DNA of 63,851 nucleotides, counting the filler, from Guillardia theta CCMP2712 (taxonomy: Eukaryota > Protista > Cryptophyta): NCBI RefSeq assembly GCF_000315625.1. It is 5 parts of 5 records of this genome, joined end to end, with 100 filler letters (N's around TTAATTAATTAA, not from the genome) between each part and the next. Parts side by side here need not be neighbours in the genome. Positions count along the whole stretch, not along the records: positions 29,217 to 44,962 come from NW_005434610.1; positions 45,063 to 61,312 come from NW_005434634.1; 3 more parts are not named here. One strand, given 5' to 3'. Under the pieces are notes generated by a model. It had not been told where the DNA came from. It saw only the letters and a program-made list of their open reading frames with translations, and ran no database searches. The translations under genes and the position numbers were made by a program. Shown piece by piece: positions 38,201 through 45,526 of the stretch; the stretch's first letter is position 1, and the number at the start of each line of letters is the position of its first letter.

Positions 38201-39746
38201 CTTTCCCCTTCTTGGCATTGATCTTCGCAGGCCCCAGGAAGATTCTGTAGCAGGCCCAGTTCTCCTTGATCATCTTCCTTAATTTGTTCTCGTCGCGGGC
38301 CGAGACCCTTACCTCTTGTAGTAGCACAACCCCAGGTTGGAAGGACTGGATTAAGTATGCGAGGATGTGCTTGAGAACAAAGTGATTGCAACCATTCACA
38401 TTTTGTGAGATGAGGAAACCTGGGTCTGAGCTTTTTCGATGCATCTGTGCCCAATCATCGCCCCTTTGCTCCTCCTGCCTTTTCCCCCTCCGCTCCTTCC
38501 CTATCTGGGAGGTTTTCTCTCCTGAGTGTGCATTCTCCTCCATTTCCTCACCAAAAAGTCTTGGTTGGGGCTTCGTGGTGGTCGCCTGCCGCTGGATTGC
38601 GATCGGCTGTACCTTCTCCTCAGGCTTTGCCGTCGAGGTCATCGGCCGCTGGATTGCGTTTGGCTGTACCTCCTCCTCAAGCTTTGTCGTCGAGGTCATC
38701 AGCCGCTGGATTGCGTTTGGCTGTACCTCCTCCTCAAGCTTTGTCGTCGAGGTCATCAGCCGCTGGATTGCGTTCGGCTGTACCTCCTCCTCCGGCTTTG
38801 TCGTCGATTTCAAGCTCTCTTGCACCCTCGCCTCCTTCGGCAGGGATCGCAGAATTACCTGGGCCGTTTCCTCCATCTTCTCCAGATGGGTGAGAGCTTC
38901 GATCAGTTGTGTTCTGGTTTGCATCAGCCATTCTTGCGGAAGTCTTAGTCTTGTCCTCGTTTCCATCGTTGCTAGCCAGTCTTGATTTGTCTCGCAGAGC
39001 AGTAGGGTGTGAAGGATAGCGAACACTCCGCAGTTGAAGTTATCTTCCTGTTGGAAGGCTGAGCACCACTGTATCTGCCATGGGGCATTGGTCTGATCGT
39101 CAAAGATGTGTTCGATCACTCCGATTGTCAGCTCAGCCATTTCTCTTGCTCCGTGCTCCCCCGTTGTTGCAAGATTCCTCGCTCCCTCGATCCCTCGTGG
39201 GTCCCTCGTTGTGCTCGTTCTGTCCTCGCAGAGAGGGTCCAAGATGTACGCGCATCGCCGATCATATCTTAATGCAATTAGAATCCAGTGGTTGCTGTGG
39301 ATGATAGTTGGAAACAGGAAGGTGTGTTGCTCATCTCTCAAGCTGCTGAGGTGAAATCTGTTCCCGACTCTCAAGCGGGACGCCTCGTCTCGCAGACTGG
39401 ATATTACCCTTGGCAAGAAGATGATGTTCCGCGTTTGCTGGTCCTCGTGGGCTCTCCCTTTGCGTACCATGTGTATTGCTCGTCCTCCTTGAAGAGCCTT
39501 GCTCATCTCATTGAGAGTAACTTCGATCATGTTCTCGCATAAAAATCCGCTTACTCCTCGATTGTTCAGGGCAGTGATGCCAAATTCCTTGTCGCCTCGT
39601 TTGTCTGACCATGGGATCTCCTCGATCCAATCAAAAAAATATAATGTTCTATCTACATGTTGCGTTTCCTTTGAAACCGTTTCCCTCTCCCCCCCTTGCC
39701 TACTCCCGGCACTCCCCCCTTCCTCCTCCCTTCCTCCTCCTGTCAT
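32247..39746 (-). CDS. ORF2 polyprotein: Ulp1/C48 protease - APE endonuclease - Cys cluster - reverse transcriptase - degenerate RNase H - CCHC Zn finger - restriction-like endonuclease
   Basis: Ulp1: NHWIL...ILDPL...QQEDNFNCGVF. APE: SQNVNG, LLQEVR, AGDFNA, LDAV, DHRAL. RT: KAAGLD, RPICV, QEGFRPGRST, LDFANFF, GLPQGGASSP, FADD, GLQINNKKS, FKYLG. Zn finger: CPWC...HVQLAC, AHN. RLE: IPDGL...LVEIA...KEQKY. Confidence 0.95.
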   Translation of the reverse strand: MTGGGREEEGGSAGSRQGGERETVSKETQHVDRTLYFFDWIEEIPWSDKRGDKEFGITALNNRGVSGFLCENMIEVTLNEMSKALQGGRAIHMVRKGRAHEDQQTRNIIFLPRVISSLRDEASRLRVGNRFHLSSLRDEQHTFLFPTIIHSNHWILIALRYDRRCAYILDPLCEDRTSTTRDPRGIEGARNLATTGEHGAREMAELTIGVIEHIFDDQTNAPWQIQWCSAFQQEDNFNCGVFAILHTLLLCETNQDWLATMETRTRLRLPQEWLMQTRTQLIEALTHLEKMEETAQVILRSLPKEARVQESLKSTTKPEEEVQPNAIQRLMTSTTKLEEEVQPNAIQRLMTSTTKLEEEVQPNAIQRPMTSTAKPEEKVQPIAIQRQATTTKPQPRLFGEEMEENAHSGEKTSQIGKERRGKRQEEQRGDDWAQMHRKSSDPGFLISQNVNGCNHFVLKHILAYLIQSFQPGVVLLQEVRVSARDENKLRKMIKENWACYRIFLGPAKINAKKGKGDLRLVTLVHASLSPSPSHAAQACNKEKKYRNRVFSIKVGTGKNSFVVTNLHQVPAENAIREQGELWAELLHLALGTRETHIIAGDFNAARTNTTTPMRRGYSPSSITAKADERFEKFLADLSAHRTLSYEQISETGTTFTFSTWYKQELIEAKLDAVLAIHPPTNEDNFPNISLQSWTVDGCVIGGAVDHRALVVQVHTKFTSEETQLIPRVEVHQMNSRQKRGETPKSRWVLDRDTWEEKKIEWAQQLDANIRDMRAKAQECNICEMLANSLPLKEVKIRKGGRRHANKEQMDLKRSIRNLRTKLREASQKRPATGVPTEATLQRELRTKIERFRTICEEQNNEVFQEICQQQQTRLGTVGSRESQNAMGRKNDFTPKEPMISQDIKKKHPNSLRCHKGLALRLLGKIVDNADELINQLEATLSSEDTRGVRAFWSANQQLMIGIEREGTDDWLFLSLLPANTITKAIVALEESDKTTWEIAGYRDLTDHLPMQKVRELEDADHTRFFFSVNACTKQGTCSKCSNIGCMLPLADSSDETIGGGGMTPYCTKCKSFTTVAPRRITPPEGVQLSRRQQQEITRPLAPGEIDVWLASAPRRKAAGLDLISNEVLRALPPACREEVGKLVNAALEGKAEVLNKTARVRLLPKNQFCHILENMRPICVMSTLTRLVQAILAHRLSKTVEANNVLTNFQEGFRPGRSTSRQAHRLISIVEEAEEAKTSLILLYLDFANFFNNVAIEVVEQAMNSLGFHPEDIRTVIACNSGVELQIQTNEFNTGKIPLMIGLPQGGASSPQLANLVLCILSRQLDKCSTGTTNNLSFADDMVLIAHTMKEMRELVAVVDSFCKWSGLQINNKKSEITSFDYARKGEVPGANKITVMGEPVEALPATKPFKYLGYRISLWKEERRRIKGCPFTWGERAYVFEKTKELINNISSSSYTPAQKFYLVKVGILNVFRYSAVMTGWTWRDLQELDQLWIRAFKKALGLSKSTGNGIFYLPTENGGLQVPHPAPILGRAALRYIEREVNSKHGGDIQDRLISKLRNWFAEWGCQTILELQREMNFRTMERDVVRGPEALAVWLAEKLNTRISWAHIEAGHLPGSISLLHRMEDMVANLNDSDRPQGWTTFQALWRQLPKLQFSLLRNIRPIADEELHLPRKLWPFPRQREEAEGIVMQLLQENVIWVSSVNRASGTKRKRREVASQDSATTRKRKSHPQSEEDREETSKKHREAAEERRPHPAHANTRSLMAKLLGNLDQQEHLILKGKESFKIKGDIAIMDRPRSHTGQEQDIKEAEPSLRSAPFARKEDDDGAKNPEKTEILLQIAKYISKTHNSSLNSQAWWEHLTTAMAEIRDRQQGLPLSYEFLEHLGMLAETKQFSNWPTLYHPTIQAATDSLQEDEVRREIIWIDQQEQYLSYAACESGTILIGWNQTCFRKEIPDGFMLVGKVPKGSEICYAANFWRTGDRSLRKSQDDLIVYCKESEQERIIVQLTVHLIPEQEELQEYRRKQNENYQASAKQEKNRNQVWSAIHGDISRNRKGRSMSIGYSTQDKEGEQERGAIKIHGKCSVIRAHTIALCILLQAIWEQRGKQKTIRKIFVLFKSTRMHRFLTDTLRWSTMQYEDELVHDLAGRLQECLSKFQREGIEINLSMITDHTVVQEAAEEARKGKSSFSSTWERALIDSDLGFCIADEENFKPGMDRLKIWDKIIREEQLELRRKEAPLTLTETFLLEPQVGRRILGRALQRCRGSVLRTAIQAITWSAPTRKKLFQWKKTTSPCCPWCEGREESWVHVQLACKEFELMIALAHNRVMETIKGCLKESWKKKSVEQESWWQTPINSMTGLGLTAPEHGNLIPDGLCYFRGSNRIVLVEIARTSEFTGEGSSLANLKAKFQEKEQKYAALRAEMTSRSDNTEVLQATFIAGVRGSIMEREWTTNFRNLLMDEDMIDRAMTKIVIQLLEVQHMLWTSRRRGDTTNREQA
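38590..38808 (-). repeat. 57-bp in-frame tandem repeat (about 4 copies) in the protease-APE linker
   Basis: TTKLEEEVQPNAIQRLMTS repeats. Confidence 0.9.
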
Positions 39747-39755
39747 GATTCGGTT

Positions 39756-41867
39756 TTAGAGTTGAGAGGCAACCTCTCCCTCTTGGTTGCCACTCTCCTC
39801 TTCCATCTCCAGTCCCATCTCCTCCTCTGCCTTGCTCAAGAGAAACTCAATTTCGTCTCCCGAGCCTACGCTGCCTTGGTAGGTTAGCGTGGCTGTGAGA
39901 ACTAATTTATTCAGGGCAAGAAACAACAAGTCAGTTCGAAATTCTTTTTGTTGTTTCTCCCCTCCTCTCCCTGTTGCTTTTGCAAAGGCTCCCTGGCGTC
40001 TTCTTGATGCTACCGTCTCCCACGCATGCTGCTCGCTTACTCTTGCAATCTTACTCTTCAAAACTTGCATGTCGTCGTCCTGGGTTGCCGAGGATGATTC
40101 CGCCCATTCCTTCAGCGTCGGAAAACATGCATTTCCAGGAGATGACAAGCTGTCGTACAGGCCGACTATGGCTCCATCGAGCCTGAGTTTGCAAGCTTGG
40201 TTTTCTGCACTCTGTCCCTGATTGACAGTCTCCTCCAGAACTTTGTAGATGTCTTCGAGGACCACGTTTGCCTCTGGTTCTGGGATGTTGATCTCATTCT
40301 CGATCCGTTCGAGATCTACCTGAGCCCAAAGAGGCTCTGTGGGGGGTTCTGTAGCGATCGCTTCCCAAAGGTTGGCACTGCCTGGCTCTAGGAGAAGAAG
40401 TTTCCCCGCCCTGTCCCATGGCGCAAAGGACCTGAGTATGTCGATCGCCGTTTCTTTTTCTGAGAAGCTGAGCACTAGATGTTCACCGTTCCAGCTGTTG
40501 GTCTCGACATCTTCCTTCGAGGAGATCTTGACGATGTGCTCAGCCGCTGACTCCTTCCAGCTCGCCACGATCCGTCTCAGTCCTCGAATTGTCATGCCCA
40601 TAGAGAGATCCTCCCCGTCGCAGATCTGTTCAGCTTCCTCTCTTGTGAACCTTCCCTTCTGTGCTTTACTCTTGACCAGCACCTCATAGGTCACTCTTCG
40701 TGGTACTGCTCCTAGCGCGTCGGGCAAGAAGTCCAACCTAATTGGATGCTGTCTCGTTACCCTGGTGATTGCACTAACCTGAGTAGTGAACCATTTGAGG
40801 ATCTTTTCATCTTCCGACATCAGTCCGAGGTGTATGCTTCCTCCATTCCTGTCATCTCCCTCAAACATCCGTAGCGTGGTGCTCAGGACGTCCGTCGAAG
40901 AGCATCTCGCAATCCAATCGATCTCTCTTCCTTGTCGTATCTCGTCCACTCCGGCTGCTGCGAAAGTGCGTTTGTTGGGCTGACCTTGAGGTCTCCTCTT
41001 CGTCTTGACCTCTAGCTGCATGCCCGCTTCCGGCTGCACCTCCAACACAGCTATTCCTTGTTGCAGCAGGTGTTGACGATAGATCTCCGTAATCCCAGCT
41101 GAGTTCATGCCATTCATCTTGAGGAGGTGAGAGAACTCAGCTAGGGCCCCCGCCTTGCCAGAGTGCTTATCCTTCTGTGGCCTTATCTTGAAGGAGCAAG
41201 GATGCTTCGAATGCGCGTTCACCGCGCGGATCATCTTTCCGTCGATCCTGAAGTTCGTCTGTCCTTTCCACAGCAGTTCTGCTGCGTCGTTCAATTGGAG
41301 TGTTGCCACGACTGGGATTTCATCCACTGTCGGAATCAAATCTTTCTTGATCGGGGCTCTCCACGAGATGCATTTCTTGCCCTGCTCCTCGTGCACCAAG
41401 AGTCCTTGATCCTTCAACTTCTCACACAGTACCTCAACTTGTTTTATGTACTGGGTAGGAACTCCGAGGATAGCCATGGTAATCAGTTTACCACTCTCGG
41501 GGGACGCTCCTGAAGCATCGATGCAGGCACTCTTGTCTAGTACCTCCTGTTTGTCTGCGTTCCATGCAGAGACATACCACGACTGTCCTTCTTCCCCCCA
41601 TTCTTTGATGGCATCCTCCTGGCTCCTGACTTCAGCATGTTTGCAGGTCTGTCGAATGGCTTCGGCTAAGGCGTTCATCGAGACTTCCTTGGACTGCAAG
41701 GCTCTGCCTGTCCTGCTCTGAGGGTACTGCCTGACGAAGTGTTCCAATCTTCGGATCAGCTCTCCTAGCGAAGGTGCTGAAGGTGTCGTGTCCTTGTTTA
41801 GGAACTGGGAAACTCGGACACGAGCAATCTGTTTCCTTTCCTCTTTGGATAGATACCACATGATCAA
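39756..41867 (-). CDS. ORF1 of element A (703 aa, no family recognised)
   Basis: Lies directly upstream of ORF2 and is homologous to the ORFs at 29356-31530 and 43914-44962. Confidence 0.85.
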   Translation of the reverse strand: MIMWYLSKEERKQIARVRVSQFLNKDTTPSAPSLGELIRRLEHFVRQYPQSRTGRALQSKEVSMNALAEAIRQTCKHAEVRSQEDAIKEWGEEGQSWYVSAWNADKQEVLDKSACIDASGASPESGKLITMAILGVPTQYIKQVEVLCEKLKDQGLLVHEEQGKKCISWRAPIKKDLIPTVDEIPVVATLQLNDAAELLWKGQTNFRIDGKMIRAVNAHSKHPCSFKIRPQKDKHSGKAGALAEFSHLLKMNGMNSAGITEIYRQHLLQQGIAVLEVQPEAGMQLEVKTKRRPQGQPNKRTFAAAGVDEIRQGREIDWIARCSSTDVLSTTLRMFEGDDRNGGSIHLGLMSEDEKILKWFTTQVSAITRVTRQHPIRLDFLPDALGAVPRRVTYEVLVKSKAQKGRFTREEAEQICDGEDLSMGMTIRGLRRIVASWKESAAEHIVKISSKEDVETNSWNGEHLVLSFSEKETAIDILRSFAPWDRAGKLLLLEPGSANLWEAIATEPPTEPLWAQVDLERIENEINIPEPEANVVLEDIYKVLEETVNQGQSAENQACKLRLDGAIVGLYDSLSSPGNACFPTLKEWAESSSATQDDDMQVLKSKIARVSEQHAWETVASRRRQGAFAKATGRGGEKQQKEFRTDLLFLALNKLVLTATLTYQGSVGSGDEIEFLLSKAEEEMGLEMEEESGNQEGEVASQL

Positions 41868-41967
41868 ACAACCGTTTCTGCACAGAAAAATATCCTGTTC
41901 AGCACCCTAGCTCGCAGGGATCCCCTCAAACTGCAGGGGAGGAGAGCATGTCTGTTACTCCAGCCCT

Positions 41968-42047
41968 CCTAGACCCTAAACCCTAAACCCTAAACCCAAA
42001 ACCCTAAACCCAAAACCCAAAACCCTAAACCCAAAACCCAAAACCCT
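41968..42047 (-). repeat. Telomeric tract with TTTAGGG and variant TTTTGGG units
   Basis: CCCTAAA and CCCAAAA units are interspersed. Confidence 0.93.
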
Positions 42048-42762
42048 GCTGTCTTCTCTTGGCTTCCTAAGCCTCAGTCAGGAGAGTTGCCTCTCCTCAC
42101 CTTGGCCTTCGGTCGCCACCTACTCTACCTCCATTCAGCTTCCTCAGCCTCAAGAGAGTTGCCTCTCCTCACCTTGGCCTTCGGTCGCCACCTACTCGTC
42201 CTCCATTCAGCTTCCTCAGCCTCAGTCAGGAGAGTTGCCTCTCCTCACCTTGGCCTTCGGTCGCCACCTACTCCTCCTCCATTCAGCTTCCTCAGCTTCA
42301 GTCAGGAGAGTTGCCTCTCCTCACCTTGGCCTTCGGTCGCCTCCACCTTCTCTACTTACCTTGAGCTCAGCTCAAGCTCGGTACGGGCTCGCCCCGTCTT
42401 CTTCCTCGCCCTCGCCTTGCTCTTCCTCCATGTCTTTCTCTTCTTCGCCATCTTCCCTCATCTCAACCCGCAGTCGGTCCTTCTTGTCCACCTTCAGCGA
42501 GCAGGCCAGCACATGCATCTAGACGAGATCAGCTTCGAGGACAGAGGCATCCACAAGTCCGCTCTGCGTGTATTGGCATGATCTCCGATACAGCAGGTTG
42601 CGAACATTTTCATCATACTGAAGAACCATACTTAGAAAGCTATTTGAAGTATACAAACCTCTCGCTTGCAGCTTCCTTGGCGCCCTGGCGGCTTCCCCTA
42701 CACCACGCGTGCAGCCATGGTGCCTGAAATAACCGGCGCTGTGCCTGAAATAACCGGCGCTC
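42048..42762 (-). mobile_element. Internally deleted, 3'-truncated copy of element D
   Basis: About 42310-42519 matches 29295-29504 and about 42522-42705 matches 31396-31578, implying a deletion of about 1.9 kb. It carries about four 72-76 bp repeats and two 21-bp 5' repeats. Confidence 0.88.
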
Positions 42763-42830
42763 CTAAACCCTAAACCCTAAACCCTAAACCCTAAACCCTA
42801 AACCCTATTATTATTATTATTATTATTTGA
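42763..42830 (-). repeat. Telomeric tract (TTTAGGG) x about 6 fused to an (AAT)n tail
   Basis: (CCCTAAA)nCCCT|ATTATTATT...GAGTTTATTAGA. Confidence 0.93.
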
Positions 42831-43277
42831 GTTTATTAGACTCTTAGTCGAGAATTTCATAGCTAAGAACTATTGCTCTTTGCTCATCTCTCGCCTAATG
42901 ATCTGTCTAAAGGGGTTCCCAACCTTGGGAGGTTGGCCCATTGTCCTATAGGCCCCTTGGGCCTGGGTGCTTCCGTATTAGATATTTTCAGTGACGATGT
43001 CCTCCGGGCCCGTCTCAGGTCCGATCCCGGTTTTCTTCCCTAATTTCGCAAAGTGTCGTTGCGCCATGCCTCCCCTCCCTCCTGCCCCTTCCCCCCCCAG
43101 TTGCCCACCTCTTCCCTCCATGACCTTTAGCTGTGCCTGCCTCCTTGATGCTAGGCTTGTTTTCCTTCCCTGCTTGTGCTCCATAGGAGGCTTGCCCCTG
43201 AGCCGTGCCTGCCCCCAGCGGACCAGGTCTACTCTATTCTCCTTCTTGCCGTCCATAGCATGTGCTGCTTGCCCCTT
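42807..43277 (-). mobile_element. 5'-truncated retroelement B (3' UTR only)
   Basis: Has AATAAA plus (AAT)n tail and patchy similarity to the 3' UTR of A (GTCTAAA.GGGTTC, CTCCGGGCCCG). Telomeric repeats lie on both sides. Confidence 0.75.
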
Positions 43278-43328
43278 CTAAACCCTAAACCCTAAACCCT
43301 AAACCCTAGTAGTAGTAGTAGTAGTAGT
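43278..43328 (-). repeat. Telomeric tract (TTTAGGG) x about 4 fused to an (ACT)n tail
   Basis: CTAAA(CCCTAAA)3CCCT|(AGT)7. Confidence 0.93.
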
Positions 43329-44962
43329 TGAGTTTATTAGAATGCTAGGTAGGTTGCATGGCTTGTTATCACCTTGCTCTATTCTAGTCTAACAGGGATC
43401 TCGTGACCTGGCAGTTCGGCCCGACTTGGCTGGCCCTTATGGCAGCCGTGCTTCTGCTCTGCTCCCTCCTCTGATATACTTCAGTGAGTTTCCTCCGCCG
43501 GCCTTGGCCTGGGTCGTCCGTGCTTTCAACTTGTGTTGCTTCCTCGGCTCCGACACACCTTGGCGGTCTCGGCCGGCCTTCGGCCAGTGAGTGAATGAGG
43601 GATAAGGACAATCAGGAGATAAGGTGAATGAGGGATAAGGACAATCAGGAGATAAGGTGGTAGGTGGAATGCGTATGGGTCCCTGGGACTCACGTCCCTT
43701 CCCCCGGGCCTCGGTCCGGACCGGGCCCTAGAGCCCGGCCGGCCTCCGCCCGGCCTCCTCCTCCCGGCCCCCCTCCCCCCTCCCCCACCGGCTTACCTGC
43801 CCTTACCTTCGTTGCTTGCCCCATGTCCACCTCATTTATTTCTTCCTCCTTCCCCCCATGGGGCCCACAGCTCCGCTCCGCCTCTTGTCCACCTCTAAGA
43901 CTTGACTCGAGCCTCAAGCGCGCGAGGGGCCTGCACCGGCCTCCTCCTCCACGCCCTCGCCCTCCTCCGCCTCCATGTCGACTTCCTCCCTCATCATCAG
44001 CCGCAGTCGGTCTTGCTTGTCGACCTTGCCCGTGCAGCTCAACCCATGGTGCTCAGCAAATTTACTGATCGCAAGAAACAAGAGGCTTACAGATCGACTC
44101 TCGATGTCATCGCTCTCAGCCTCCTGCTCGAGCGCATCAGTCGCTGCTGCCCTTGGAGAGAAGGCGCTGCCCCTCCTCGCTGCCTTGTTCCCTTGCACCC
44201 GTGTCCAGCGCTGCTCGCCGAGGTACGCTCTGAGCTTTTCTTTCAACATGTTTCGCTTCGATCCCAGCGTCGGCGTGGCTGCCCAAGCTCCGAGCGTCAT
44301 GAACTCCACGTTGCCCGGCGAGCAGAAGGTGTCATGCAGCTTGCCAACACTCTTGTCTAGCTCCAGCGAGATCGGCTTGCCAGCTAGCAGCTCCTCCTCT
44401 GATGTCTCCAAGAGCATCGTCGAGAGGTCGAGCAAGACCTGTTGATCGACTGGCCCTGACGGCGACGCTGCTTCCATAGTAATCCTGTCGATGTCGCTGA
44501 GCTCCAGCCATCCAGCGCCTTGCTGCTGCCCTTGGGGCTCTTGGGCTTGCTCCTCGCTCTCTTCTTCCTCCTGAGAGCTGACAGTGGGTTTGAACCCCAC
44601 CGCTTCCAGCTTGACTTCCAGGATCCCTTCCAAGTAGAAGGGCATGTCTTCCATCAAGCGTCGAGCCTCTGCCTTGGTCGCCAGGGAGAGAGCTATCAGG
44701 CTCCCATCCCAGCTGAGCGTGTCACGATCCTCCTCGGCCTCGACGCTGACCAGCTTGAGGTTCATTCTTCTTGCTAACTCCAACATGGCTCGCTTGACTC
44801 TCGTGATCGATGTGTTACCTCCTCCGCACAGCGCTTCCATCTCCTTCCTCGAGAAGCGGCCTGTGCTCATGCTTGACCTCGACTTGATCTGTACTCTGAA
44901 GCTGCTGCGCCCGCATGATCTCTCTCGCGAAGTGCCTTCCTTTGCTAGCGATCTTTCCCTAG
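43308..44962 (-). mobile_element. ORF1-only retroelement C (ORF1 3' part 43914-44962, about 590-bp 3' UTR, tail); 5' end in gap
   Basis: The ORF is a clear paralog of the ORF1 C-terminus of D. Its stop at 43914 is followed only by UTR, AATAAA and (ACT)n. Confidence 0.85.
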
Positions 44963-45526
44963 NNNNNNNNNNNNNNNNNNNNNNNNNNNNNNNNNNNNNN
45001 NNNNNNTTAATTAATTAANNNNNNNNNNNNNNNNNNNNNNNNNNNNNNNNNNNNNNNNNNNNATTATCTGTAACATCCCGTCAGGTGCTCTGATCAACCC
45101 GACTTTAGGATGGGGGGAGAGCGAGGGCGTGACGTCTCCTCAGGTTCCTCGCAAGGCGAACGAGAGGAAGGAGGAGTTTGTGATCCCCGACCACCTTCAT
45201 GGCGAGAACCCTGACCATCGATCTCCTCACTTCGTCCACATGCAGAGGTACACGTAGACCCCCCTGTTCCTTTTCCTTCTCTCTGATCCAGCGATTGCAA
45301 CATCTCATCAACATGTTGTCAGGATGGATTCGACCGACTGCTTCATGGATCCCGAGTACGCATGTGTTTTCTAAGTTTTTGTACATTACGAGGGTCAAAG
45401 TCGAAGAAACGGAGGCGAACAGAGTGACAAAGTATTATTAGTAGGGGTGAGAACACGAGACAAGATGTTTAAATTTCAGCTTTCAATCATTGTTAAATTC
45501 ATCAAATAATATGTCTGTCTCCCTCC

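Larger units (their letters stand above)
31679..41970 (-). mobile_element. Full-length autonomous non-LTR retrotransposon A (Dualen/RandI-like, dual endonuclease) inserted in telomeric repeats
   Basis: Telomeric repeats at both ends, short 5' leader, ORF1, 9-nt spacer, uninterrupted ORF2, about 560-bp 3' UTR, AATAAA and (ACT)n tail. Confidence 0.92.

Noticed and set aside
32247-39746. Telomerase or Penelope/Athena RT
   Set aside because: APE, RLE and non-LTR RT motifs are present, and the orientation is opposite to end-primed elements.
45063-45400. Possible 5' exons of a minus-strand gene next to the gap
   Set aside because: Too short and no recognisable motif.
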